Shown piece by piece: positions 1 to 14,683 of a stretch of DNA of 64,000 bases. Source of the stretch: Catajapyx aquilonaris (lineage: Eukaryota); contig KZ538351.1 in assembly GCA_000934665.2 (NCBI GenBank), positions 1 to 64,000 of the forward strand, written 5' to 3'. A program made the translations under genes and the position numbers. Each line of letters opens with the position of its first letter. Within the stretch, counting starts at the first letter, position 1. A model generated the notes under the pieces. That model worked only from the letters and a program-made list of their open reading frames with translations, was not told the DNA's origin and ran no database searches.

Positions 1-1757
1 TTTGAACCAACTTGTTTTTCTTGCCTTACTGATGCTGCCGTGGAAACGTGGCCTGTACAGAGTGAGCCGCATGTCTTCAACTGCGCCGCTTTGTAACGGT
101 TATAATGCTTGAAAGAAAGTGAAGCTTAGGTGACATAACTTCATATATGGACTTGTGGCACAAGATGACGTTAAAAAATTCATAGCACAAGTCATAGTTC
201 CTGCAACTGATATACTGTCACGCGGTACATGAATTGCTTCCAAGGTAGCGACTTTTATCTCGGTTCCGGTAAGCACTTGGAAGTTGATTGGACTGAAGGA
301 GGGATTACAAGTGGAGCAAAAAGGAAGCTATTCTGCGAATTTGCACGATCGCAATATTTGGAGTGATCCTTCCCCTCGCAATCTAAAGCACTCGTGTCGG
401 GAAGATTTCGACTCTCGAGACTTCCCGTTTTGCTTGTTTCTCCTGGAGATATCTTCCCATTTGGTCTATCGACATTTCCTTAGCTACACTCTCAGCAATG
501 CCTAAGGACGGCGCAGCAACCATCCAATTCTCTCATCTGATGGCCGCTCTCTGGGCTAAGAAGCAAAGAGCAAATCCCCGGAGCTACTGTGATTTGGGTC
601 CCCCCCTCCGTCGCCTTTTCCTTCCTTTGCCCGTCCGGATTATCTTATCGCCTATTATTGATTGACTCCTACTTCGCCTGCCTAGCACTCCTCCCCCTTG
701 ATAATGGCTTTCCTCATCTGGCTGCTCTGCTCCACGGTGGCCCAACATGGCTGACATGGGGATATATGCTAGCAAGGCACTGCACTGTTGGGAATTTTTG
801 GAATTGTGCTCCACACGTAGCCGCGTGGAGTTTAATCGATGTGACGCGTTAAATAAAGCAACTTTACGAGTGAGAAAAATCCGACATATATAACGTTGCT
901 GGGCAGCTTGATGATCTCGCTCAACCGCTTCTATCCATTGTCCACACTGTTACTAAGGCGAGTGTTAGGACACTATGGCGCAGACAAAGCTAGGCCGGTA
1001 CACCCTGTGAATGACCTTATTGAGTGCGCCACTGATTAATCAGTAAGGTGAACTTTTTTTCGTAGTAAAAAAAAAGGGCGGTGAGAGCAAATTTTTCCCC
1101 GCCAAGTTTTATTGTTAATATTTCATGATATCGATTTGCGGATCCTTGATTAAAACCGAACACGGGCGCGAACTGAATTGGCGGGGGGTTTGAAAAATTG
1201 CCAGATTGAATGGATAAGTGAGCTGAGATCATCGCGAGGGAATCGTTAATGGTTTGCATCGATCACTACTATTGTGATACTAACGCTCCGTGTTGTCGGA
1301 ACAATAGACTTCCCTCAGACGGTTGAGGTATATTGGGTATTGGAGGAAAAGGTCGTGTCTGGTGTTGCAGTGCAGTTAGGTGCTAATGTGCCCTTGAATT
1401 CGTCCTTAAACTGTTGTGTGACCCTTTGAGATTTCCTTGTGTTGCGTGGAGTATACGTACAAGGCGCACGAACAACGCTTTGTTGACTGGACAGGATGTA
1501 CTGTGCCCAGGGACATATTTGAACAGTGTACTCTGCAGTGCAGAGCAGCCGGCTCAATATTTGCTGTACCGGTGCGTCGATTATGGGCCTATTTGCTGTT
1601 TAAATACTACAGAATCCTATAAGTACTCTGGGGCATAGTGACAACTGATATGCGCAGCAGCCTCCGAGGCCAACTTTTATATTAATTTAATATTAAATTA
1701 TGAAATGGCTTGTGTAAATTCGCTGCCTATAGTTGCTGCGGGTGCTCAAGTAAGCGT

Positions 1758-2585
1758 TATTTACTTATGTCGACAAAGTCCCTTAAGTACCGAAACTCAT
1801 ATTACGTGAAATTGCGTAGTATACAGTTGGTGCACTAGCCTCAGTTCACAGCCCAGAAGAATAGAAGGTATATTAATGCTGTTTACTCGCAACAATGAAC
1901 GTAAATTGAATCACAAGTGAATTGTTTATAACGAGTACGGTATCTTCTTTGTTAAAGTATAGTCGTTGCAGTCGTGTATTTTACATCGTTGGACTATGGT
2001 CAGAAAAGTGGATTGTTCTGATATTGAACTTTGTGGATATTGAATTTTTCAGTAGGAATCGGAATGTTTTCAACGGAATAGTTCAGGGCAATATTGCGGA
2101 AAATGCAATGTCCCATTTTTACATCTTGGCTAGTTCTTTTTATATCTTTTGAAAGGAGTAGGGTGGATGGANTATTTACTTATGTCGACAAAGTCCCTTA
2201 AGTACCGAAACTCATATTACGTGAAATTGCGTAGTATACAGTTGGTGCACTAGCCTCAGTTCACAGCCCAGAAGAATAGAAGGTATATTAATGCTGTTTA
2301 CTCGCAACAATGAACGTAAATTGAATCACAAGTGAATTGTTTATAACGAGTACGGTATCTTCTTTGTTAAAGTATAGTCGTTGCAGTCGTGTATTTTACA
2401 TCGTTGGACTATGGTCAGAAAAGTGGATTGTTCTGATATTGAACTTTGTGGATATTGAATTTTTCAGTAGGAATCGGAATGTTTTCGACAGAATAGTTCA
2501 GGGCAATATTGCGGAAAAGCAATGTCCCATTTTTACATCTTGGCTAGTTCTTTTTATATCTCTTGAAAGGAGTAGGGTGGATGGA
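1758..2585. repeat. Near-identical 414-bp direct duplication separated by one N (2172); probable unmerged contig or haplotype overlap
   Basis: 1758-2171 versus 2173-2585 differ by about 3 substitutions and 1 indel; the junction is exactly the N. Confidence 0.9.
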
Positions 2586-5500
2586 TAGTGACGTGGGTGA
2601 CATGCAATAAATTCAGGTTGTCATGTAGGAACCCCGATGTCGCTAGGCAATGTGTTTTTGCTCCTTTTTTTTTTGTACAGTGTGCTGGATCCCAGGAAAA
2701 ATGGTGGTAGTTCTCTCACACTCCGTCGGCGCTGAAAACTCTGCCTTTGGCTGCTGTACTTTCGGATTCGGTCCGGCAGAGGGCACCTGCCGTGCATTTT
2801 TCAGAGCTCTTCATCCTCCGATTTTTCCGGAGCGGGAAGCAGGAACACGCATCTTGCTAATCTTAGATTCGCATTAGGGGAGAGGAAGTGCGTAATAACA
2901 GCATTTAATTAGCCATCATTGCAGCAGTTTATGCACACACTAATGAGCAAGGATTATGTAATGTGCAAACACGCGATTTTTATACATAGAACATGGTGTT
3001 GATTTCCACGTAATATGCAATAGACACATTTCAGCATTCTTTCAAAAATGATATTGTAATGTTGTGTCGCAGTGGCCAAGAGAAGCCTAATTTCCCGGTT
3101 CCTGCCCCCCCCATTTGCACGCGATATACTTACCTTGGAAGGAAGCCCAGTTGCCGGGATAGGACTTGAAATTGGACAATTTGTGGATAATCTTGGTCCA
3201 GCTGACGTCAGGCAATTGGGCTGGCAGGCAAGGTTCTCCGGCGAATGGGCCGAAGGAAGGAGGGGGTCCCCAAGGCGTGAAGATTGTGTAGGAGGATATA
3301 AACCCCGAGGAAGAAGAAGAAGGAAAAAACGGATGAGGGGAAAGGAGCATCGTCCGGAATTGCTGCTTCTGCTTCTCCTTATCAGGGAATGGTTTCCGGT
3401 TTTGTTGTCTCCTCCCAAGCCGACGGACTCCAGAATGTGATGACCGAACCGCTCCCCTCTTTGCTAAACTGGGGATGATGCTATCTAATTGTCCTTCGCG
3501 GACGCGCTAACGGGTTTCTAGGCACATTGTCATGCTAATTTGGGTTCTAGCATTCCCGCAGAGTGAATACTGTAGTAAGTTGGCGGGGTTATTTTTACTG
3601 TAACTGTGCCGTCGCATTATTCATGTTATCGTCGCCTTTCCTGGTAGTGGAGACGATGCAGTTAATGCGTACACGGTGGACTGGACACTAATGCACTACT
3701 TACGTACTACATATAAATTGCAAAGTGAAATTACGCAACGCAGTTGTAATCAGATTGTTATTCGGCAATTACATGTGTCGTACGTCAAGCGGGTTTTTGG
3801 CTTGGCATATTCCTTCCCACCCCATGTCACACTGTTGTAACCCGAGCTTCTGGGCACACGCATAATAAAAACACTCACTAAATACGCCAAGTTTTCTACC
3901 ATTGTTTTGTGCAATTAGAGCTGATTAAACGCTGCATTTCATATACGTAGCTTCTCGGTCGTTTTACTGTGCAGCAATCAGCATTAACTCATTGAAAACT
4001 TTTCAGGTGAAAAACGCCAGGCAATATAATTCCGCCTATTTGCTTTAAAAATCGCAATGGGGAGTCTTTGGGCGTTGTGAAATCGCTCGGGGAAAATTGA
4101 GCGCGCGTGTAGCAGACCGTGATGACTTTCAAGTGTTTTGAATGTGTCTTCAGACTTGCTCTTTACGACCACTTTTGGTCCTTCCTCGGGGAAGAGAGCT
4201 GGGAGGGATGGAGAGAGAGAGAAAAAAAAGAGGAACCAGCAACCCCCCCTCCTTCCCTCGACGGTTGCAGGTAGAGTAATTGGCTTTCGTTCCACTCAGT
4301 TAGTCCCCCCCGCTTGTTCCGGAATCGTCGCAATCTTGCCAGTGTACTTCTGCTCCACCAGCAAAACCTTTGCCCATTTTTACTCCCCTTTCCATCCTCC
4401 TCAAGCTCGTCGTCTTCCGGAAACGCACCAACCTGGCAAAATGAGGCCTAGAGGATTGCCCCTTTCCCCCTCCCCCATTGTGAAAGAGGGGGGGACCTAA
4501 TGGCTCTGGAGAAATCTATGTGGAAGATTATATTTGCTTAGCTGGATGGCAGTGTCGTAAGTCTTCCTCCAGGGGCCAATAGTCTGCCGGACGGGCTCCA
4601 GAAAATTTGGACGTGACTTGCGATGACATGTCCACGTGGGGGGAAATAAAACTGCTGGTCGTATATAAGGAGGCACGGTGGGAGTTGAAAATTCTGCAAT
4701 ATCTATGGTCATTTTTGTACTTTTCTGAATATCATGGAATGCCATTTTGGCTCCCGAGAAAAAAAATCAGGCATGAAATTATGTGCAAAAATCGCCGATC
4801 GTTGGATAGCAATTTTGTGTTTCAATAAAAGATGGTTCTGCTATTGCCTCAGGGTCTTGTCGATTACCAACCATTATGAAATCAAACCCGAAGATTTGCC
4901 GACGTAATTTGCGCCATTTAGCTCCGGTCGTGACAATTTTGGCAAAGAATGAAACGAACCCTGGGCAATTGATCTAATGGTCTCCGGTTGACTTGTTTCA
5001 ATCTTCCTCCAACCCTCCCCGTGACATCTTACCCCTCCTCCCAAATGCCTCCTAGCATCGGGAGGCATGATCTGGAAAGGAATGTAACAAGCTCATCAAA
5101 ATCAGCCCCCAAAGAGCTATCACTGGCGGCCATGGGAGTCGTGTCCTGTGCTCACGAGCCAACAATTGGACAAGGGGGGAAGAAGAAGAGAAGGCAATTT
5201 CCAAACCAAGGGCGTCCCCAACATACAATTTCCCTCCCAAACCCTCCTTCCCTTTACCAGAGCCATCGTGACCACTTCTTAACAGCAGCTACTATCGGCT
5301 TTCCATCTTCCACCTCCATTGGAGCCTTTTTTTTCCGCCTCCTTTTTTCCACCCTCATATGTTTCCTTTCGGGGAGGCTCCCCAACAAAACCACCGACAT
5401 GTCTTCACGCTGTACCGGGGGTTTCTGAACCGGTTTGGTGTTTAGAGACGATTCATTTAGTGCCTTGTACGGCCCTCGCTTCCGAAATGAACCTCCAAAC

Positions 5501-8500
5501 GCGGCGTCGCTCATTACCGCGATTCGGTAGATATGAAGTGCGATGCACGACAAATGATGTATACGAGGTGTGATCCGCAGGTTTTGCGACCTACTTTTTT
5601 ATTGCGAGCACGATGGCGACATATTGCTTAAAAGATCACCAATGAGTAGTTCATGCTGATGAGTGATGGACTGGTGGACCACACGACGCAATGATTTCGT
5701 ATTCACTTGTGTGCAAAAAAGTAGCACATCAGCAGGGTCTCCTAAAACATAACAGCCGGTTGTAGCATCTGATGATATTGTGATCTACTCGAGTCCCAGC
5801 CAGTAAAAAAAATAATAAATAATTATCCTCGCGACAGTGATTTTTAGTAGTCATGACGGTATGCAGTAAATAAGTAGGTTGTGATAATGGTGCCATTTAG
5901 TGCCGGTAAGTTACTTGCCTTTTTCTGCCATAAAAGCGCAACGCTTGCGTGCAAAAAATGCAGCCAGTAGGTGACAAAAATAAGCGGCTAATTTTCAGTG
6001 GCTGTGACCGAACTTTCACTAAGCCCCAGGGTTTGTTTACCCAATCGAGTCATTAGCTCGATCCGTCATTATATGATGCGTCGTTATATACCCAAGGGCA
6101 TTCCTCCGACACCTGTGCGTCACCTGCATCCCACGTCAGCTCTGATTTCCTTTTCAGAAATTGCGAATTTTTTTTTCCTAGTCTGCTTCGGCTATTAGGG
6201 GATTAGTTGGGGGGCGCAAATGACCAGGCGTTTGACCCGCACGAAGCGAGGTTTGTTGACCCGATGGATCTAGTTGTTTGGGTGCGGAGATTGCCACTCG
6301 ACTCAGACTTGCGTTGGGAAGGGGCTCGGCCTGGATAACTGACGTGGGATTGGTAACCTGAGGCCAAGGTCAATCTGGTTAGCTAGGTCCGGAGGTATAG
6401 TAATTGATTTTGGCCCGAATTATTACATTCCAGTTGGGCCACATATTTCTCACGGGGTTGCAGCACCGTGTTGTATGGATCAGTGGCAGCCTCTGTCCGT
6501 TCTTCCGTGGGCGTAGGAAGGAAGAGTTGGAGACCCCCATCATGCCTTTTTCGGAAGGAAGAAGGATATCTACCCCCGTTTGCAAGGTGCACGACCGCTC
6601 CCTTCGCACATTCCGCACTTTCCAGCTGCTGGTCATCGTTAATGATCACACAGCTCTTTACCTGAGAGTAAACATCTCGTTTATTCTGCCTACGCTCCAG
6701 TGGTGCTAAGGGGGCGTACCCTGATAATGTGTTATGACCAGCATAACACCCGGGAATATTGCTGGAACATTTCTGATATGATTTTGTGTGCCAGGTAGCT
6801 TATCCGAAATATCTTTGTTTCTCTATCAGTCTCGCCCTTGCTGCAAATCAGCCAACAGTTGCGTATACTTTACTCAGGAAAAATGTGGTTTATGATTGTC
6901 TCGGTATCGACTTCAAAACTGTGCCCACTATGGATTAGAAGGTCGGGTTTTTATTGCCACATGGTGAACACGTGTTGACATTTTCTGTCACCGTGTGGGT
7001 GCATCCTGCAAGTGACAGAAACACTTATATGGCCGCCATATGTAAAACAGCTCGGAATAATTTGTCCGTCTATTTTGACAACAACGTGCATATGTGTACA
7101 GTACATAGCGGAAGGAAAATGTAACTGACATGTTCCGTTGGGCAGGGGGGAGTCATACATTATAGATAACCGATGCATATTTAACTAGTACATGCATCAG
7201 GCCGTGTCGGAAGGCGCCGCCAGTGCCGGTCCTCTAAATCCATTGGGCGAGGCTGTTGGTTCCCACAGCCTCCGTTCAAGCAGCACGTATGTGCCCATGA
7301 AAGTACCGTATATAGTCGGCCAGCACTTTCATCCAAAGTGGAGGGGCCCCTCTCCGCTTCTCTTTTCACTTTCACCTCCCTCGATCTCAGCTGATTTACA
7401 AAGTGGTCCGGGAAGAAAATCGGACGGAGAAGAATGTGGTGCGTGGGCCAAGCGCCGATTTCCTCTCCCCATGCACTTATCAGTCTCCTTCCAGTCCATC
7501 CGTCTCATGCACACACGCACAATCCGGTCTTTTGAGAGGAGATATCAAACACACCCAAGGGACCGACCTTCCAACACCCACACTCACACACGGCTATCTT
7601 TTTGCGCTCCTGCCATTAAATAAGGCACTAAATAATGGGCCACGCCCCGAATGGGACCACCTCTGCCAGCCCCTCGTGTGCACTACCTAGAAACTGTCAG
7701 ACTAATTAACCACCTACGCGCTCTCAATGCCTGTGGGTATCACTTGTAATCGACACTTAGGGCAGCCTGATTGTAGTACTGGTATTTCTTGCCAATATGG
7801 TCAGCGCTGTTTGGGCTAAATAATTTCAACTATTTACTATAACACACCGCGGGTTCTCACTGTAGCCCTATAGATATAACCAGCCCCCCAAAAATTGTCA
7901 AAGTCATGGCCTTCTGTTTTTTTTTAACACCCTGTACACACATGGGCCTTCTCTTGGGAGGGAGTGTCTGTTAAAATAAGCCGACAGGTAACGATGACTA
8001 GTGCACACTGAGCAAGGGTAACTCAACTGTTTTAGCACTCTTTGCGGTCACACCCTCTGTGTGCATATATATGATCCCCTCGGCATTTATTTGTCGCACT
8101 TCCTTCTGCGGAACAACGGCTCCAAATTCATCACATGTATATCGAGAAACTAAACGTGCGCTCATTGAAATAGGTGGAGTTCTAGTCTTGCGTGAACCAA
8201 CACTCGATATGGCAGCAAGAAGGTTGACAGGTTGAAGGTAACTGCTGACGCCGTCCCTCTGGACATTTGCAAATCTGTTATGATTACAGTTCGCAGGACA
8301 AAAGGATTGTGAAATGTCAGAGGGGGACAAATTCGCAGTCGTGTAGTTGTGGGCATATACGTAGAATCGCCTATTTTGGGAGACAATTTGGAATACGTGT
8401 CCGGAATAATACTAATGAGAATTGCAAAGCCTGTTTTGAGCTGTAGCTACTGTATATATATTGCAAAAGTTGTGGCGAAAGATGAGGCAAAAAATTTTGA

Positions 8501-11500
8501 CGGAAGGTTAGCCGGACTTGGGTAAGAGATATAGATGCAATCGTAATAGTGTAACAAACAGGCGATTTCCTGCTTTGCGTGCCTATTTCGAGTGAGTAAT
8601 CAGTCGACGAGTCCTTGGAGTAGCACTGGTTTATTACAGAGGACCTCGACAGACATTTAACATTGAGGCGCAAATTGCTCCAAATTCCGAGTTAATATTT
8701 GAATAATTTCCACTTGGAAGGGAACGCTCCTGGCATTTAATTGCTTGCGCTGCAACAATGCCACTGGAATAACTTCAAAAGCAGGACAGCAATTATGCCC
8801 TAGCGTCACTGCATCGTTCGAATTACTGCGAACGGCAGAATTTATAAGTAGTCCACTTAGGATATTAACTTTTGACATTTACAAATTGATAAACATGGCC
8901 GACCCTCAATTACGCGCAAGACTGCAATTTCGACCTGATGTAACTTCCCCCCCNCCCCCCCCCCCCTCCTCTCTATACTTGAATTGATTGACTACTTTTG
9001 GACCAGTTAGTTCCTGAAGTGTGCATCATCACATGTTTCTCCAAGCCCCGAGTGCTTGTGTGTAGTAGAGTCCTAACACCATAAGTGGTGAGTCAGCAGT
9101 TTGCAGTATAATTTGGTGATGGCCTTACCATAGTTTCATGCCTGCTCCTTTTTACGAGCCGGCTTGCTTGGCAGAGCCTTCATTCTCCGGGTTGGCGATT
9201 TTCGAGTCTGTGATGGCCAGCCAAGGAATGAAGAAAAGGTGATTGCCCGACTTGGCAATTCTTGCAAGTCATCCGGCTGCTGGGGGCTTCAGCCAGGAAA
9301 GACTCTTCGCCATTGGAAGACTCTATCTCCAGATGGAATCTAACAGTGTACAAAGGTTGTAGCAGACCAATCGCCCCAGGGATTCTCAATCACTCACTTT
9401 CGATAATTGCATCGGGTATATGCAGAATTCGGTGCAGCATTGCCTGTAGGTAAAACGTGTGGTTATGTGGTCATCTTCCTGTCCTTGTGAAATAAACAGG
9501 TGCCATCAATTTCGTAATTAAAGTATCCTTGGCCGCCAGAGGTCCATCCTTGGCTCACGTAAACAACTAAACCGATAACAGTGTACCACGCAGCCTCACC
9601 TTGTGCTATGTAATAAATAAAAAATTGTGTAGTCTGGAGTGTCAGAGAAATTACCCCTGCATGCATCATTGAAAGGGCAATTTCACTTTGCGACGAGACT
9701 TGCAGAGCTTGGCGGGATTTAAAAAAAGCAGGCTTAACCCGAAGAAAAGCTGTTGATGTTGTTCAAGGTTGAAGATGTGCCCGAGGCTGGCCATCACGCC
9801 CGAATCAAGGGCGTATTTTCTTGATTGGTGGTCCTGGATGCAAGGCGCGCACCAACAAATGGGGTTGTCCAGTCTCAAAAGGAGGCCGCAACTTTGGAAC
9901 ATTGGACCACGGCCAAGCTTCTGCGCAAGCATCGGCCTGGCCCTTTTCACAAAAAGCCTCTTATGTTGTCACTGCCGGCGTTTTGAATACGTTCCTGACG
10001 TGGGTATATCATCCGACTTGCAAAATTAACTCTCTCAAATGGAAATGGGGATAGCCCTCTGAATCCTTTTTTTTTTTGTTGAACAGAAAAGTTCTTGTAA
10101 GGCGTAATATTTGTGGTCATATACCAAAGTGTGTAAGGAGTGAAAGCAACGACACAATAGTTAGACGAGAAGGTTCAAATTGTCATTGCGCAAATGCTGT
10201 TGTCTCATCAATTAGCGATAAAATATCAGAAGTGCCTGTTTCCATGCCTGGTCCCACCGGGGGTGGGCTCTAAAAGTCAGGGATAAAGTTGGAATATATA
10301 CGTTTTGTTGTCTGGCTCGGGTCAACGTAACTCGTGAGCAATGGGCCATATGGGCCAAGAAAGTTCGTCAACGTCTACTCGAGTCGCAACAAAAGGACCT
10401 TCAAGTGGTCGTTAAAGCACGAGTCGTCAAAATGACTGCTGATGACAACTTCCCCCCCCCCCCCTTTTTTTTTGGCTATGGTGAGAAACAGGTCACCCGT
10501 GAAGTTTTTGCAAAGATCGACCGCGCCGGAAGGAGGCGAAAATCTTTTCTAAACAAACAATTTGCGCATCGACATCCTTCCATTTGAACCTAAGTAGTGC
10601 GCAGTACCGTTATAACCAGCGGATTAGTCTTCCAAGGTGTTTGCAATCTTCATGATCTGGCATATGTGATCATGAAATCACGCCGCATCGGGTGTTAATA
10701 CGATTCGATTACACCGTCGCGCATTATACGTGCCAGAATGAGCAAGAGGCTGAGATCTGGAGCGATCCAAATAAATCAAGATTCAAGGCTGCATGCCATT
10801 TGCGATATGCTTTATCTGGAAGTCTGTCGCGTTTCATTAACACCAACTTGTAATTAGCTTTCAGAGCGACTGATGATTGGAGTTGGCCAAAAATTAGCAG
10901 TATTTCATGTCCTGATCCCTATACAACGGATTATATCAAATGTAGTTAAAATATATTTTTAGCGAAACGGAAAAAATGTGGCCACCAAAGTTTGGTAATA
11001 GCAATCGCTTGCTCGCGGGAGGAAGAAACAAACTTTCACTATTAGGAAAGAATATTCTTAGATTCGGTATTCAGGGTTTCACGAATGTCATGTCGGAAAT
11101 TAGGTCTCGAGGTCTGCCCGTCAAGGTCATCCCCAAAAAGCTCTCGAGGTGATGACGAAATTGCGAAAACAGCTGAGAAGATGAATGGCTCCTTGTTTGG
11201 TATTAGTGTCACTTTGCAGGAGAGCGTTGACTCCATTAAGATAATCTGCGTTGTCAGTTGGAATTTGTCCTAAATGAGCGATGAGTATGCTCAGATAGTA
11301 AATGGGGGAGGGCGTAGCTCCAAAATGAGGCGGGTTGCCAAAACTGGCCGTGTCAGCGTGTACTTGGAAAGTGTGTGTGTGTGTGCGGAAGCGATCTCGC
11401 TTGTTATCGCACGGTTATTCAAATGAGCAATTAAGTGGATAGAGAAAACGTCAACGGGGTTTGCTAGATCCAACCTTGTGTTTGACCAATTCCATCATCT

Positions 11501-14500
11501 ACATCTGGGAAGTCTCAACAAGGGTATATAGGCAAAGTGGTGATTTTTTGTGTGTGTGTGGCTGGCAATGCTCACTAAAAGGAGCAAGATATTTTCTCTC
11601 AATTTGCGTGCATAAAACCTGGCAATCCGGCCATACTGCTAGGTATAGTTGAGGGCAACGTGCAGTCCGTGCCACGACAGTGCTCAGTCATTGACAGGTG
11701 GTTAACCTTGCGTCTTACTCTTAGAGCAGGGCCGTTTTGTAGTTCACAAAATGGTGTGGAAGAATTGTTCACAAAAAAAAAGAAGAAGTGTAGGTGATGG
11801 GAGGGTAAGTGTGTTGCATTCACTTGCTTCAAACATCGGGGTCAATGGGAGACTCTGGTTTCAACTAGGAAGACCTGCTCTTAGCAGGTAGTCAATGTGC
11901 TTTCTCTTGCCCATCAGATATAAAAGAAGGCGACGGAAGTAATTATGTTCAGGAAACGATGCTACGGCGTGGAAAAAGGTATATTTAGGCGCATATTTTT
12001 GAACCTTATGCATAACCCGGCTAGGAATGGGTGCATTTTTACGTAATATCACACACAAAACAGTAGTCAAGGTTGCACCGGCGGAAGTGAAGCAGAGCGG
12101 ATCCATTTCCGTCCAGCCCCAGATTTTTTTAAAAATTGGGTGCACTTCACCTTGGAGGAGGCCATGACAGACTGACTTCCTCTTTTTCTTATTGCAAAAA
12201 CATATAGTTTTGCGCGACCTTTGTTCCGTACACTTGCTCCACGGCCGCCTTATATTATACCCACCTTTTATTACGTCAAGGATTCCCGGACACCGTGGTA
12301 TATACCCTTGGAATGCGCGCTCGTAATTGACATGAAGCCGGCTGCTAATTACGTGTAGCCTTTTATATTTGCTCAGCAGGTGTAAGGCACGAGCTGGGTC
12401 ACGGGGACCCTCTTCCGTACATGGATGGGAAAGTGATTTTCTAACGACACGGTCAGGGCGTGGGTCATATCGCATAAGGGGGAAAAATCCATTTCTGCTG
12501 CTGCTGGACTGGGTGTGCAAATACATAAGATCTGATGAAATCTCTAGACACACCTGAGCTGTCCATAAAGTACGTCACTCCTGCGTTTTTAAAAAAAAGG
12601 TCGCAAATCAGCATGACGTACTTTATGAGCGACCCCGTATCAACATGGCACCAACAGAATTCTTTAACGTTGATATATACAACCGGTTGTTTATTTGCAT
12701 GTTCGTGTAGCTGCCACTCACAAGGTGTCATACTCGCACCTTGCGTTTTTCTTTCTTTTCTTTTCTTTTGTAGGCTGACCATTAGGGTTGTGATATAAGC
12801 CCCACTTGTGCGGCGGTCCATCACAAGAAAGCGTCGCCGACTTTGTAACCGATGTTTTCGGTTCCGATTCATTTGGTGCAGTTCTTTTCGGTTTTTCGGA
12901 CGCGATACATTTCCTGGTAGGTTACTCGCCAGCTTGAAAAAAAAAAAAAGAGTCAAGCTTGGAGTGCGATTCCTGAGGTTCTGCTGTGGTTAATAACCTC
13001 TTCAGGAATCCCAAGGCGTCCATGCAGCACCCACATGATGGTGGGCTTTCCATTCATCAATCATCCCTCTTGGACTCCCCAGGAATATTCATTAATTGGG
13101 CTCCCCCTACCCACCCACCACCTCCTCTGATCTTAGTAACAACCCTCATTATGTGGTAACTCAAAGCGGGCAGTGACATAACTCGGTCCGCAACGTGGCT
13201 TAAATACCACAATCATTTGACACGTCTCGTCGCGTAAAATTAGAAAGCAACGTCCCATCTTTTGTCTCCAGAATACGTAACATTGCTATATACAGGGTGA
13301 CACTGGAGTCCACGAATTTGAACTGTGGACTTGTAGCGCACCATCCTGTGTATAGGATGGACCACCTGTGTCCTCCCACCCGAAATAAAAGAAGTTTTGG
13401 TCCATGACGTAGAAAGCAGATTGCGTGTATTTGAATCTTCCTTTTTGGAGTGATCTGGGCATTGTGATGGGTGAAAGTTTGGGACCCATTGTGTTTGGAT
13501 TCCCCCCCATGGTCGGGGACACGGCGGCCTCTGCAGGGTCACGTGTAACCCCCACCCACCCACCCACCCCCAAGCAGAGCGCGTGATTTCACATCGTATC
13601 GATGAATATGCGATTATATTAACGTATTATCCCTGTTCTGTCACGATCCTTTCGTTTACATCCGTGTGGTGATCGCGATACAGTATGGGTGCGTATGGAC
13701 CCAATTATCATGCCGCGTGTGGTCCGGCCGTGTGCACAAAAATGCGGCACGCCAATAATAGCCAAACACATCTGCCGGAACAATAGGTGCGTAACTGGCT
13801 ATATAAAAAGGGTTGCCAACTTCCGCCCCCATTTTTTTGAGCTTCAGTCGGTACATGCCCGAAGGAAGAAGAGCCGGCCCGGAAATTATTTCTTTTCCGG
13901 TTAGGTAATCACAGTATATCGGTTCAGGCGAGGCGTGTGATGTTTTGGGAAGGTTATTACGCCACCTCTTTTTCCCTCGAGAATCTTTAGAAGTCGGTAA
14001 AAAAATTGGGGGAAGGAAAACGGAGGTTCATTTTGGGATGGGTTTGAGTAAGTTACATGGAAAATGGTGTGATGCAGGTCGGGCTTTTATCGGGTGTATA
14101 ATGATTTGAAAACAGTGCAGGATTCACAAATAAGAAGTGTCTGTTTCCCTGTGTTTTTGTGAGTTAGGCGTAGCTGACATAAAGTTTGTACCAATTAGGT
14201 GACGCACTTGCAGAGTTGTTAATCCATTGTTATCACACAGGGATGTATAGTTCCGGAACTCAATAATCATGAAATGGGACGTTTACGCCCCCAGACCCAG
14301 TGTGTACAGAAGAAACGACCTCATTCTTTGAATTTCTGGAGTAAACAATTCCCTGAGACTTGGGGCATTGCACCACCCTGTACAGTTACGCCATTTAAAA
14401 TGAAGATGACAGTATCAAAATGTGATTGTGTCGCGTGGTCTGGACTCTCACTCCACCCTGGAGTGGGCAAAAGAATGCGAATTTTTTTCGCAATAATAAT

Positions 14501-14670
14501 GGTGCATATCGTGAAAGATTCTGAGACTGGATAAAAATCGAAAGGTTATTGCCTCAAAAAGGAACATCCTCCTGTAAAAGGAAAGGATCTAAGCAGCCAA
14601 GCCTGCAATCCCTCGTTGCTGGCATGACATGAAAGGGTGAGTGCTCGTGGGCCGTGAGGTTGGAAGGAGT

Positions 14671-14683
14671 NNNNNNNNNNNNN
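14671..14683. other. Assembly gap (13 N); single Ns also at 2172, 8954 and 54192
   Basis: Ns are visible in the sequence. Those at 8954 and 54192 sit inside poly-C tracts. Confidence 0.99.

Noticed and set aside
1922..2588. Two near-identical 76/83-aa ORFs that look like tandem paralogues
   Set aside because: TTG starts, no domain, and both arise from the N-joined duplication.
11331..11629. CGGGTTGCCA ... TGGCAATCCG inverted pair resembling hAT MITE ends (similar half-sites near 13810 and 54895-54950)
   Set aside because: Only 9/10 nt match and no target-site duplication; insufficient without a genome-wide search.
11861..12553. 230-aa minus-strand ORF
   Set aside because: No recognisable domain, non-ATG start, homopolymer-derived residues and no convincing splice signals.
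13695..13905. ATG ORF ending TCC G|gttagg in phase 1 (another possible DIP2 first exon)
   Set aside because: The peptide has no protein-like features and the DNA looks no different from its surroundings; a phase match alone is weak.
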